From the NCBI GenBank assembly GCA_013265495.1, contig MU057887.1, positions 3,559,668-3,623,667 of the forward strand: DNA of 64,000 nt, given 5' to 3'. The stretch is from Vicugna vicugna (lineage: Eukaryota). The notes beneath the pieces were generated by a model that was given only the letters and a program-made list of their open reading frames with translations, was not told where the DNA came from and made no database searches. The position numbers and the translations under genes are program-made. Within the stretch, counting starts at the first letter, position 1. Each line of letters begins with the position of its first letter. Shown piece after piece: positions 10,604-21,656 of this stretch.

Positions 10604-13550
10604 AAAAGAAAGAAAGAAAAAGAAAGACAAATAACCAATATTGGGAAGAAAATAAGGGATGTCACTATGAGCTCTACACGCAGTAAAAAGATAACAAGAA
10701 AATACTATGAACAACTCAACAGACACAAATTTGACAACTCAGATGAAATGAACTAATATCTTAAAAAACATAAACTACCACCCAAAATAAAATAGATAAT
10801 TTGAAGAGCCATATAACTGCTAACAAAGTTGAATTCATAACTTTAAAACTCAAAAGAGAGAAGAAATCTCCAGGCCCAGATGGTTTCAGTGGAGACTTCT
10901 CAAATTGTTACACAAGAATCAATACCAATTCTACACAACCTCTTCCAGAAAAAAGAAAAAAAGGGAACACTTCCAAATTAATTTTATGAAGCAAGCATTA
11001 TCCTGATATCAAAACCAAAGAGAGACAGTATCAAAAAAAGAAAACTACAGACCAAAGTCCTTCATAATACAAATACAAAATCCAACAAAATATTAGTAAG
11101 TGGAATTCGGTAAAGTGTAAAATACATACGTGTGCAAACACACCATGACCACGTGGGGTTCATGCCAAGCCTGCCAGGATGGTTCAATACTCGAAAATAA
11201 ATTAATGTGACCCATCATATTAACAGTCTACAGTAGAAAAATTACATGATATCAGTCAATCCACAAAAGACATACGACAAAATTCAACACCCATACATGG
11301 TTAAAGACCCTCAGAAAAGTAGCAATAGAGCGGAATGAGCTCAACTTGGTAAAGATCAACTATAAATAAGCTACAGCTAACATTTTTCGTGATGAAAGCC
11401 TGAATGTTTTCCTCCTAAAATCAGAAACAATCCTTAATCACCACAGTGTTGGACGTACTAGCCAGTGCAAGAAGACAAGAAAAGGGGGGAATGCATTTAT
11501 CTCTGAAAGGAAGAAATAAAACCATCTCTATCTGCAGATGACATGATTCTCTACATGAATATCCCAAAGAATCTACCAGTAAAATTCCTAGAACTAATGT
11601 GAGTTCAGCCAGGTCTCAGAATACAATATAAACATTTTTTAAAAAATCAATTGTATTTGTACATGCTAGCAATGAATATACGGACACTGAAATTAAGAAT
11701 ATAACATCATTTACAATGATTCAAAATAAAATGAAAAACTAAGTGTAATTCTAACAAAACATATGCAGAGCTTGTATGCTGGAAACAATAAAATGCTGAT
11801 GAAAGAAATCAGATCTAAACAAATGGAGACACATAGCATTTTCATGGTTAGAAGATAAACATAATGAAAACGCCAGCTCTCTCCAAACTGATATACAAGT
11901 TTAACACAATTCCTATCAAAACCCCAGCCAGGTTTTCTGTAGATATGGACAAGATTATTCCCAGATGTATATGGAATGGCAAAGGAACTATAATGCCTAA
12001 AAATTTTTTTGAAAAAGAAAATAAAGTGGGAGGACTCAGTCTACCCAACCTCAAGACTGATTATAGCTCTGGTGATCAAGGCTGTGGTGTTGGCCAAGGG
12101 ATAGACACACAGATCAATGGAATGAAATAGAGAACCCAGAAACAGACCCACACAAATATGTCCAAATGGCTTTTGACCGACATGTAAAAGCATTGTAACG
12201 GAGGGAGGATAGCCTTTCAACAAATCATGCTGAAGAAAGGAGGAGGGAGGGGGAGGGCGGGGGAGGAGGAGAATGGTTTCATAACTTATTCAAAATTTAA
12301 CTCAAAATGGATCACAAACTTTGATGTAAAGCTATAAAACTTTCAGGGAAAATTATGGGAGAAAATCCTCAGGATCTAGGCAAAACGTTCTTAACTTGAC
12401 ACTAAAAGCAAAAGACGTAAAAGAAAATGTTGATAAACTAGATCTCGTCCAAATGTAAGACTTGTCTGTGAAAGACCCTGTGAAGAGGAGGAAAAGGCAA
12501 GCTGCAGACTGGGAAAAATATCTGCCCATCGTCTGACAGCGGACTAGTGTACAGAATATATAAAAACTCTCAAAATTCAAAACTCAGCAGTAAAAAATAA
12601 ATAAATGAATAATCCAACTTTAAAAATCGGCGAGAGATACGAAGAGACATTTCAAGGAGGAGCATATCCAGATGTCAGTGAAGAACAGGCAAACTCGCCA
12701 CCACAGCAGCAGGAGACACCACACCTGCTACAATGACAGAAATGCAGAGCTGTGACCACGAGCTGTGCTGGAGGGGATGTGGCAACCCGGATGGCGCACA
12801 TGTGCTAGCGTGGACGGCAAATGGCACAGCCTCTCTGGAAAACAGCTTATCCGTTTCCTCAGAAACTAAACATGCAGCTACCGTACAACCCAGTGATTAT
12901 CCCAGAGAAATGAGACTTCTGTTCACACCAAAACCTGTGCACAAACGGTCGTAGGGGCTTCATCTGTAATCGACCAAAACTGGAACCAGCCCAGATGTCC
13001 TCCAACGGTGTTGGCTGAACAAACGGCGGTCCATCCACACCACGGACCACTAACCACTGAGCAACAGAGGGGACGGGTATCCACACTCACAACAGTGCAG
13101 ATCAGTGTCTGGGGAATTATGCTGAGCAAAATGGCCAATCCCGAAAGGTTATGTACTATTCGATTCCACCCGTGGGACACTAAAATGACACAACCTTAGG
13201 AAGGGAGGACAGATTCGCGGTTGTCTGGGATGAGTGGCGAGGTGGCGGCAGGAGCAGGCTCTGTTGGAACTCTTCAGTTTCTTGACTGTGGAGTCACAAA
13301 CCAGCCTGGCAGACAAAATTGCACAGAATTTCACACACACACACAAGTACAAGTAAAACTGGGGAAGCTGGAGCCAGATCAGTGGGTGGCATCAGTGTCA
13401 CTATTCTGGCTGCCATCTTCTACTTCTGTTTTATGAAATGTTAGCTACCACTGGGGCAAATGGTCTCAGGTGGACAAGCGATCCTTCTGCATTATTTGTT
13501 AGAATTGCATGTAAACCTGTAATTACCTCAATGCAATTTTCAATTTTAAA
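10604..13550 (+). mobile_element. Decayed L1 ORF2 (RT region) and 3' UTR
   Basis: Peptides KKSPGPDGFSGDF, LIYKFNTIPIKTPARF and KVGGLSLPNLKTDY; CTATCTGCAGATGACATGATT (S-A-D-D-M, degenerate FADD motif) near 11530. Confidence 0.9.
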
Positions 13551-13947
13551 AAATCTATTGCTAGCAATGTTTTCTGAAAAAATAACTAAAGGGTCTGCAA
13601 AGGCACAAGAGGAGACATGCTCCTCTGGGAATCATTGCTGATGGGGAACCGGACACGTCTGGGATCCGTCCCCAGAGCTGTGTGCTCGCCGTGAAAAATT
13701 ACCCTGCACGATCAGTATGTATACTTGCAAGTAGCTATTTTGTTAAGTGGAAACAGCAGATTAGAAACGAGTACATGTAGTAAAAATCTCTTTTCTAAAA
13801 ATCTACAGCTTTGTGTGTGAAGCCTGGGCAAGACACACACCTGTATTTGAAAGTGTCTTTTGTGGGGCATGATCACAGATAGTTCTCAGGTTTTCTTTAT
13901 TTGGTGTTGGCTGGACTGTGTATAGGGGACAGCATTCCTGTTTTGGT

Positions 13948-14070
13948 TAGGATTGCTAGATAAAATACAGCACACCTAGTTACATTTTAAACTCAGATAA
14001 ACAACAATTTTTTACTCTGAGGACGTCCCATGCAATATGTATACTTTTGTCTGCAAATCTGGCAACCCTA
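13948..14070. mobile_element. MER53-like hAT MITE, internally deleted
   Basis: Terminal inverted repeats TAGGATTGCTAGAT ... ATCTGGCAACCCTA; degenerate 8-bp TSD GTTTTGGT / GTTATGAT. Confidence 0.8.
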
Positions 14071-15816
14071 GTTATGATCATGAACTCCGAAGTCATTTCC
14101 ACCTTGGAAGATGAAACAGAACCCGCCGTCGTAAGCTGGTGCCCTCCGTGCCTGAAGGCCGGGGGCTGGGGGGACCTGAACCCTCTGGCCGAGTCAGGGC
14201 CTGCTAGCACACGGGCATGCCCTCTCCAGGCCCTGGGAGCACGTGCTCTCACCCAGGATGCCTTCTGGGGTCTCCCGGGCTCTTTCCTGCAGCTGCCACA
14301 GCTCTCCCCTACAGGGGCATTCTGTCACCCACTCTCCTTCTCCCTGGACCCCGTGGCCCTTGGCAGGCCCTCAAGCCCCTTCACAATCCTGCCCCTTACT
14401 ACCTGGCTCGCCATTCCACCACCCACGCAGGTGTTTCCCCTGCCTCAGGGCCTTTGCACCTGAACACTTTCTGCATGCTCCTTCCGGAGCACCCCAGGCG
14501 CCCCATGCCAGCCGCACAGCCTCTCTTTCTCCCGACTGGTGGCACTCACTACTGTTATGTTTCCCTGCCCAGCCCCACCCCAAAAAAACTAAGGTAAGCG
14601 CAGCTGTCTTCCCACACACTCCATCACGGCTGGGGTCCTCCCCCCCTGCAATGCACCCCTCCTGCACACTAATCCCTTACCAGATCCTGTCCTCTCTGAA
14701 GGCCCTCTGCGGCGTCTCCCGAAGGTGCTATGCTCCTCCCCGTGGACTGTCACCTCACTGCCTCCCAGCAACCCAAGCCGTCTTCTAACACAGCCATCAC
14801 CAGTTCACCTTCAAGCCCCTCCCGTGCACGCCAGGAGTGGGCCAAACTCCAGCTAAGTGCCCCCAGATTTGTTCCCCGGCCCTTCTGTGTCCTCACCTTC
14901 TCAGCCGGCTGGGTGGTTCCACCCTTGAGCCTCCACCTGGGAGGGACCCTGTGGTCCTCTCAGCAGGGGCGCAGGTCTGGAGGGCTGGGAGTCTGGCAGA
15001 TGCAGCCCTTCCCCTGGCCTCTCACTGTCCTCCCACCCGGAGCAGGTGGTGCGACCATCACTCCCACTTCTCAAGTGAGGAACAGAGGGCCCTGGAGATC
15101 TTAGCAGCACAGAGGGGCCCCCAGCACACGGGGTGGCCTGTCATGCCGTCAGCTGGGCCACCAGGGTCAGCGCACCCGGTGCCGGGGCCCCTGCACCCGC
15201 CTGTTTCTGGCCGCCACTCCCCAGGCTGGCAGCACCAGCACATGGACGTCACCTCCTGCACAGAGACAAGGACCATGTGGTGCCCCTGTGAGGTCCCAGG
15301 GCCGGGGGCAGGCTTTCCAGAAGTGGTTAAGTGCAGGCCTTCGCAGCTCCTCTGCCCTAGCCGGGCCCTGAGCTCCCTCCACCCAGAGAAAAGCCACAAT
15401 GACATAGTCACACCTCTAGCACGGGGGGCTGGAGTTCTCCCGCCTCTGACAGCACAGTGACAGGAACCAGCTCAAAAGTGGAAGCTGCAGAGGCACTTCC
15501 TCTTTGCTGGTCCCAGGGAGGAGGGAGGCCCTGGAGGGCCCATTCTAGGCCCCACCCACCCCAGGAGGCTTGGGAGGGTCTTCCGAGATACGGGGATGGG
15601 GGAAGACTTGGGTGGGGGTGGTATCTGGACTCCCCTCCGCCCTGCCTCCTCAGGCTGGCTTCTGGGGCAGAGCCAGAAGCAGGGCAGGAGAGGCCCTGGA
15701 AAGACGGGTGGGCAGGCTCCAGAGGGTGGGCGAGTAGGTGTAAGGTCTGTGGCCTTGGGGAGTGGGGGGTCCTCCCCTCATCCCCGTGCCTATCCCCATG
15801 GCCCAAGCCTGGGCAA

Positions 15817-15836
15817 GTGTGTGTGTGTGTGTGTGT
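15817..15836. repeat. (GT)n microsatellite, short
   Basis: GT run of about 10 units. Confidence 0.85.
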
Positions 15837-17344
15837 CACTCTGCCCCCTTCCGCCTTCTTCCTCCCTCCCGAACTCCAAGTTGCTGTCCTTGCTCCCCTC
15901 CCCCTCCCCCAAACCCCAGAGGCCTAGGGTGGGGATGGTCAAGCTTGGCCTTGAAGGGCCCCCCCCAGGTGAGGAGGTGGGGAGGGTCAGTGTTGCAAAA
16001 TGACTCGAATTCAGTTCAGAGGAGCCTTGTGGAGACTCCTCCCCACTAGGTGACCCCGCTGATGCCTGCGTGGAAGGTGTGGTCCTTGGAGGGGCTCCCA
16101 AATCCCCTGCCCATGTGGGCTCAGACTGAAACCCGAGACCCTTGACAAACTCTCCAGCTCCCTCCTGGCTGGGGCTGCTCTTTCTTCCAGGAGCCCCGAT
16201 TCCACACCTACCTTCAAGGGGCCGTCTCTGAACTTTCTCCTGGGGTCACAACGAGGCTTCCCAGACCACGTGAGAACCATCTCTGCCCCTGTCGCCGTGT
16301 GACCTCGGGGAACCCCTCAGCCGCCTCCAGCTTGGGGTCCTCATTGCTGAGGCGAAATATGACTACCTTCTGCATGGGGTGGGGGGTCACACAGGCGACG
16401 GAGACAGCGTGGTGAGGTCCTGGTAGGTGCTCGACACTCCAGGGCCCTCCCTGCAGCCTGACACTCCCTTCCACCTTGGCCCACCCGGAGTCCTCCCCAC
16501 CTGGCCTGCTGGTAGAGCTGCTGAAAGGGTCACTAGATGTCCTCACTCACTGGAACTGTGTATGCTGGTGCCAGTCTCCTGATGGGAGAACCCCGTTTCC
16601 TGCTCACAGTGCCCCACTGGGCGTTATCTGGCCAGCCCAGGTACAGAACAAAAGCCCCCAGGGGAGGGGTCAGAGCAGGCCCCTCCTGGCTGGCCTGCAG
16701 GAGAGGAAAGGGAGGGAGGGTGGACCTGCTGAGTCCCTCTGGGAAGAGTTGTTGCACAGAGAATCTTGTAGGTCCACACCCCATGAGTGCCTGGTTACAC
16801 TGTGGACTCAGTCAAGCCATTCCACCAAGAATTCAGAGTGCCTGCTCTTCTCAGCACTGGGCATAGTACTTTCCTGCACATGAAGAGAGAGCCCTGTTCT
16901 CCTGGAGTGTTCATTCTACCTGGGGAGGCTGAGCAGGAACAAGTAAATGTCAGAGATGAGGCTGGGAGAGGGGCTGAGGGGCATGGGGCACTGTATGCAG
17001 AGATCAGGGGAGCCTCCAGTGACTTCTGGGCAAAGATCTGAAGAGGTAAGGGGTGAGACAGGCAGATATCTGGGGAAAAGCTTTCCAGTTAGGGGAAACA
17101 GTCAGTGCAAAGGTGGGGTGGGGTGGGGTGGTGTGGGGCTTGGGGGAGCACAGTGTAGCTGGAGCCCAGTCAATGAAGGCGTGGTCAGCAGGAGGGTAGG
17201 GGTGGTAGGAGCCAGGCAGTGTGGCCTGCTCACCATGGTTGTAAGAACGCTGACTTTGGCTCTGAAACAGGGACCGCCTTGAGGGTGTCAGTGGAGGAAT
17301 GACCAGCTGGGGGACCAGGTCGGAGGCTGTTTGTTCATCTAGAG

Positions 17345-17664
17345 CAGGAGTTGGCAGCTTTTTCTGTGAGGGGCTAGACAGCAAATATTCCTCACTTTGC
17401 TGTCACGGGGCCTCCACGCAGCTCCTCCACTGGGCCCGTGCTGTGAAAGCAGCTGTGGGCATGCTGAATGGGCAGGTCTATGTTCCAGCAGAACTCCATT
17501 CAGGACACTGACGTTTGAATTGCACGTATGTTTCACGTCATGAGCTAATATCTTTACTTTTTCCCAGCCATTGAAAAAGAACAAGAAAACATTCTTAGTT
17601 GGGGGGCTGAACAGAAATAGGTGGCAGGTAGGTTTTGGACTGTGGCCGTGGTTTGCTGCCCCTG
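17345..17664. mobile_element. MER58-like hAT-Charlie MITE
   Basis: Ends CAGGAGTTGGCAGCTTTTTCTGTGAGGGGCTAGACAGCAAATATT ... GGTTTGCTGCCCCTG; internal TTTGAATTGCACGTATGTTTCACGTCATGA. Confidence 0.75.
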
Positions 17665-18099
17665 AGCTGACAGCAAACATCCACCACTGCTCAGTGCCAG
17701 GCCCCAGGAGGCGGGCCCTACTGCCACTGAGGGTGATAATAAATTATAGAGTGGGGGGGGGGTCCTGAGTCCTCACCAGCCTGGCTCAGTCACAGAAGTC
17801 AGGCCCCTGAGGCTGGAGTACAGCCAGTGGCCAGGGGGTCGCAGAGGCCACAGGGCTGGGGAGCGCAGGGCCCTGGGCAGAAGACTGCATGCCCGGCTCA
17901 CCTTACTGAACTAGGCCAGTAATTGATGAATGAACGGCTCCCTAATCATTACATTAAGACTTACGAAATGAACATATCGTCTGATTTTCATACAAAAGAA
18001 GCTGTAGTCTAAAGCAAGGTGACAAACGAGGGGCCTTCGGTCTGCAGAATTTCTTTGGCCTGCACAGAAATTTCTATTAGGAAACTACACCAAACGTCC

Positions 18100-19650
18100 G
18101 GATGTCTTACATATACCGAAGGAGGCCCGACTTCCGTGGGGTCCGCACCTGCTGCCGCTGGGCCTCTACCCGAGTGGCTGCTCGGAAGCCACCGCCCGCC
18201 AGCCCGAGGCCACCCCGGCGCCAGCCTCTGCAGAGAAAAGGTCTCTCTTCCCCCGGCCCCCACGGGGTTAAGCTTTAATCCCTGTTCTACAGCGAACGAG
18301 GGCGCGCGTGGCGGCACCTTATCGCCTTAGACTTAAGGGCTTAAGTGCACCCAGCACCTTGCCCAGAGCCCTCCGGAGCCCTTGCGCGTCAAGGACACTC
18401 AGCGCCGTTTCCAGGTAAGCCAGGCTCGCGGCTCCTGGTGCTCCCCGGCCGGCCAGGCCACCTGCCGGCAGAACCGAGCGCCCGTGGCGCCGAGCGCTTG
18501 GCACCCCGGCATGTGCGCGGCCGGCCCGCGGCCAGCAGCCGAGACACCGGGAACTCCGCCGTCACCCGCCCCGGCAGCACCTCCGGACCCCCTAGCAGCT
18601 GCGCCGGCCGGACCAGGGGGCGGGGACTGCGCCTGCGCGGTCGGCCCTGCAGGGCTGGGGTCACAATCAGCGGGCGAAATCAGCGGCCGAGCTGTTCGGC
18701 TGGACCAGAGTGCGGGCGGGGCCGGCGCGCGGGGAATGCGCCTGCGTGGTCGGCCCGCACCAGCCCCCCAGGTCAAGGAGTGCGCCTGCGTAGTTGGCCC
18801 GCAAGGCCCGGGGCGGGACTGCGCCTGCGCGGTCAGCCCGGGTCCGCCCCGTCAGCAGCGTCTCGCCCCCTCAAGCAGCCGGTCTGGCCTGGCCCTGGGG
18901 CGGGCCGGCGCCCGGGAAGTGCGCGTGCGCGAGCAGGCCCCGCCCCCCGCCCCGCCCCACGCCGCGCGGGGCCCTGGGAGGGGAGCAGCGTCCGGCGGCG
19001 TCGCGGGCGGGCGGCGGCGGCGGCCGCGGCGGCGGNNNNNNNNNNNNNNNNNNNNNNNNNNNNNNNNNNNNNNNNNNNNNNNNNNNNNNNNNNNNNNNNN
19101 NNNNNNNNNNNNNNNNNNNNNNNNNNNNNNNNNNNNNNNNNNNNNNNNNNNNNNNNNNNNNNNNNNNNNNNNNNNNNNNNNNNNNNNNNNNNNNNNNNNN
19201 NNNNNNNNNNNCCGCCCGACTCGGCCGCCGAGCCTGAGCGCGGGCCGGCCCCGCGACCCCCGCCCCGGCCCCGGCTGACAGCTGGCGCGCGGCGGGCCCC
19301 GCCGGGCGAGCGCAACCGGGCGCGTTTTCCGGGCCGCGGGCGCGGGGCTTGGTGGAGGAAACGCCTGAAGTGGTGCAAAGTTGGTGCGGACCTCTGCCCC
19401 CGCCGCAGCCTCGGGGACCGGACGGTGCGCGGGCCGCCGAGGCTCGGGGAGGGGCGCCGAGGCAGCAGTGCCCGCGCCCGCGTGCAGTCTGCGGGCTGAC
19501 CACGCGGGAGCCGGTGCGCGCGGACGGGCCGGGCGGCCGGAGACGCTGAGAAGACAGGTCCTGGGGTGGGGTCGAGGCCAGGCGGACAGGTGCTCATCGA
19601 GCGTCTTTCCTGAAGTCCTTTGCGCCCCCACCCCGCCCGCCACCGCAGCG
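18100..19650 (+). promoter_or_regulatory. ZBED4: CpG island: putative ZBED4 promoter and non-coding exon 1
   Basis: Very GC/CpG dense; GC boxes; five NRF1-like TGCGC(C/G)TGCG motifs; CGG run; strongest CpG island upstream of the ZBED4 CDS. Exon limits are hidden by an N gap. Confidence 0.75.
19036..19211. other. Assembly gap (176 N)
   Basis: Run of N preceded by CGG repeats. Confidence 1.
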
Positions 19651-21610
19651 AATTCCCTTACAGATGATGTTTTTAGGATTTTTCTCTAGGTACATATTTC
19701 GTCTTCAGCGCACTTCCAGGAAGAGACAGCCAAGGGCCATATGTCTTAAGAAGCACATGAGTTCCTTATTGCTATATGCTTCTGAGGCGTTTTAGTTATT
19801 GTGTACGTTTCTGAGTATGACCCAGTCAAATTTAATTAGTAAAAATATGAGTCAAATTGCAAAGCATGATTTCAAATGTTTTTCCATTTGTGGTTTTTCT
19901 AGACTCAAGTAAAGATGGAATCGTTTGTGTATCCTCTTTTGTCCTTTTTCTGTGACCCACACCACCCGCATTGCTTAAGAGAATTGCGTGCCCCCTCACT
20001 CTGCTTGTGTTTTGGGTGAGTTTCAGTAAACACATGCGCCTCTCTGGAAGCACGTCCATGCCTAGCTGAGACATCAGAAGAGGCTTGTTGGCATCCTCAT
20101 GTTTGTAAAAAAAAGAAGAAAAAAAGGAAAGTTATTTGTTTTGAAATTAACTCTGATCAGATCAAGTCCATAGTTTTAAAAAAATCCACTTCAGACTTTA
20201 ACAAGGCCAGTTTGCTAAAGCAGGTGCATCCTTGTAACTTTAAATAGAAATATTAATTTTTGATGCTTTCCCTATACCATGGTGACAAACTTAGGGGACC
20301 AGGGAGGATTTGTTTAAAGTTTTTTAAAAGGGCTCTGAATAAGGCAAATTTCTATTATGAACTAGTTTTCATACAAAGTTATCTTGTAAGAGGAAACTGC
20401 TTACAACAGTTTGGCTGTGCTCTGAGGGTTCCCACTGGGCTGTCCATGCAGGGGTGCACACTTCCTGTAATCCTAAAACATTATGTCTGCTTGTCATGAT
20501 TTACATTTTCTCAGGAAAAGATCTAGCACAAGTTAAAAGTGATTCTGCGAATCTTCAAGAAGCTAATCTCCTGTATCGGAAGAAAGCTCAGACTTTTAGG
20601 CCACATCACAGGTGATTACTTGATGGCACCCCCCGCTGTTCTTGTTAATTCCTGATGTTTTTGGACATGAAAATTCTGCTCTGCTTTTAATGTCACCACA
20701 CATGACGAGGCTCATGAGTAACTCAGTCTCTGCGAAGAATGTTCCTGACACATTGTGAAAGGTTTTAAGTAAATTATTAGGGTCATCGATTGAATTCTGT
20801 GTGTGCAAAGGCCCTGATGCAGTATGTACATGGTGAAGGAAGTGTGTGTCCGTGTTTCAGATCCCCATCCGGCGTAGAACTTGGAGAGTGACCAGGACTG
20901 GGAGATGCAGCTGCCCGAGCGTGACAAGCAGTGATCGTGGTCAGTGCTGTCCTTATCCTCACTTTGTGTTTGAGCTTTTGCTTTTCCTGCTTGCAGCTCC
21001 TTTGTTATCTGAGCTCTGGTCTGCTCTTCCCTCCAGTGTGAGGCCTGCCTTGCGAGGGGAAGGAGGCAGGTGGGTGACTGCTGGGCACAGTGCTGGCGGA
21101 GTGAGGAGCCTTGGGTGGTTGGTCAGAGGCCCGTCTGACCTGCCCCCACCAGCATTCCTTCTGAGCTTCTCTGCACAAAACACGCCACTGAGTCAGTTAC
21201 TGTCGTTCTTGTAATTACTATTTGATATTTAAGGCACTGTTTAAATTTCAGGACCTGACGTAAGTTATAGGAACCATTGGTCGCACTTATGTTTTGTGTT
21301 GCACTGAATTGAGCTACATAAAAAGGTCCCAGTTTGCCCCTCAGTGCCCTGCGGACTGGGCTCTGGCCCCCCTTCCGAGCATGGGTTGCGGCACACAACC
21401 TCCCCGTCAGCCTCCTTCCCGCGGCCTGGCCCCCTGCATCCTCATCTTTGCTGCCCTCTCCCTTACCCTCTTGGTCAATGCCTGGCTTTCTCTTCGTTCT
21501 GGAGTATTTTAGATCCCTTCCTCGCTCATTATTTGATGTGCTCTTAGTAGCTGAAATCCTGGAAGGCAGTGTTAGGAATAAAAGTCCTTTGTTCTCATGC
21601 CCCTGACTCT

Positions 21611-21656
21611 GAGGCAGAGGGACCAGGAGAGGCAGAGGGACCAGGAGAGGCGGAGG
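21611..21656. repeat. 18-bp tandem repeat x2.5
   Basis: GAGGCAGAGGGACCAGGA twice, then GAGGCGGAGG. Confidence 0.85.

Noticed and set aside
6560..13550. Possible intact full-length L1
   Set aside because: ORF1 and ORF2 carry many stops and frameshifts and three nested insertions; probably two elements.
17113..17146. G-run cluster with quadruplex potential (others near 12245, 28511, 62970)
   Set aside because: Common in such GC-rich DNA; no positional evidence of function.
13948..17664. hAT MITEs upstream of a domesticated hAT gene as a functional transposase-target system
   Set aside because: MER53/MER58-type elements are abundant genome-wide and ZBED4 lacks the first catalytic Asp; proximity is expected by chance.
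18345..19689. Multiple 150-380 aa ORFs across the CpG island
   Set aside because: Low-complexity Arg/Gly/Pro/Ala translations, open because of extreme GC content and the N gap.
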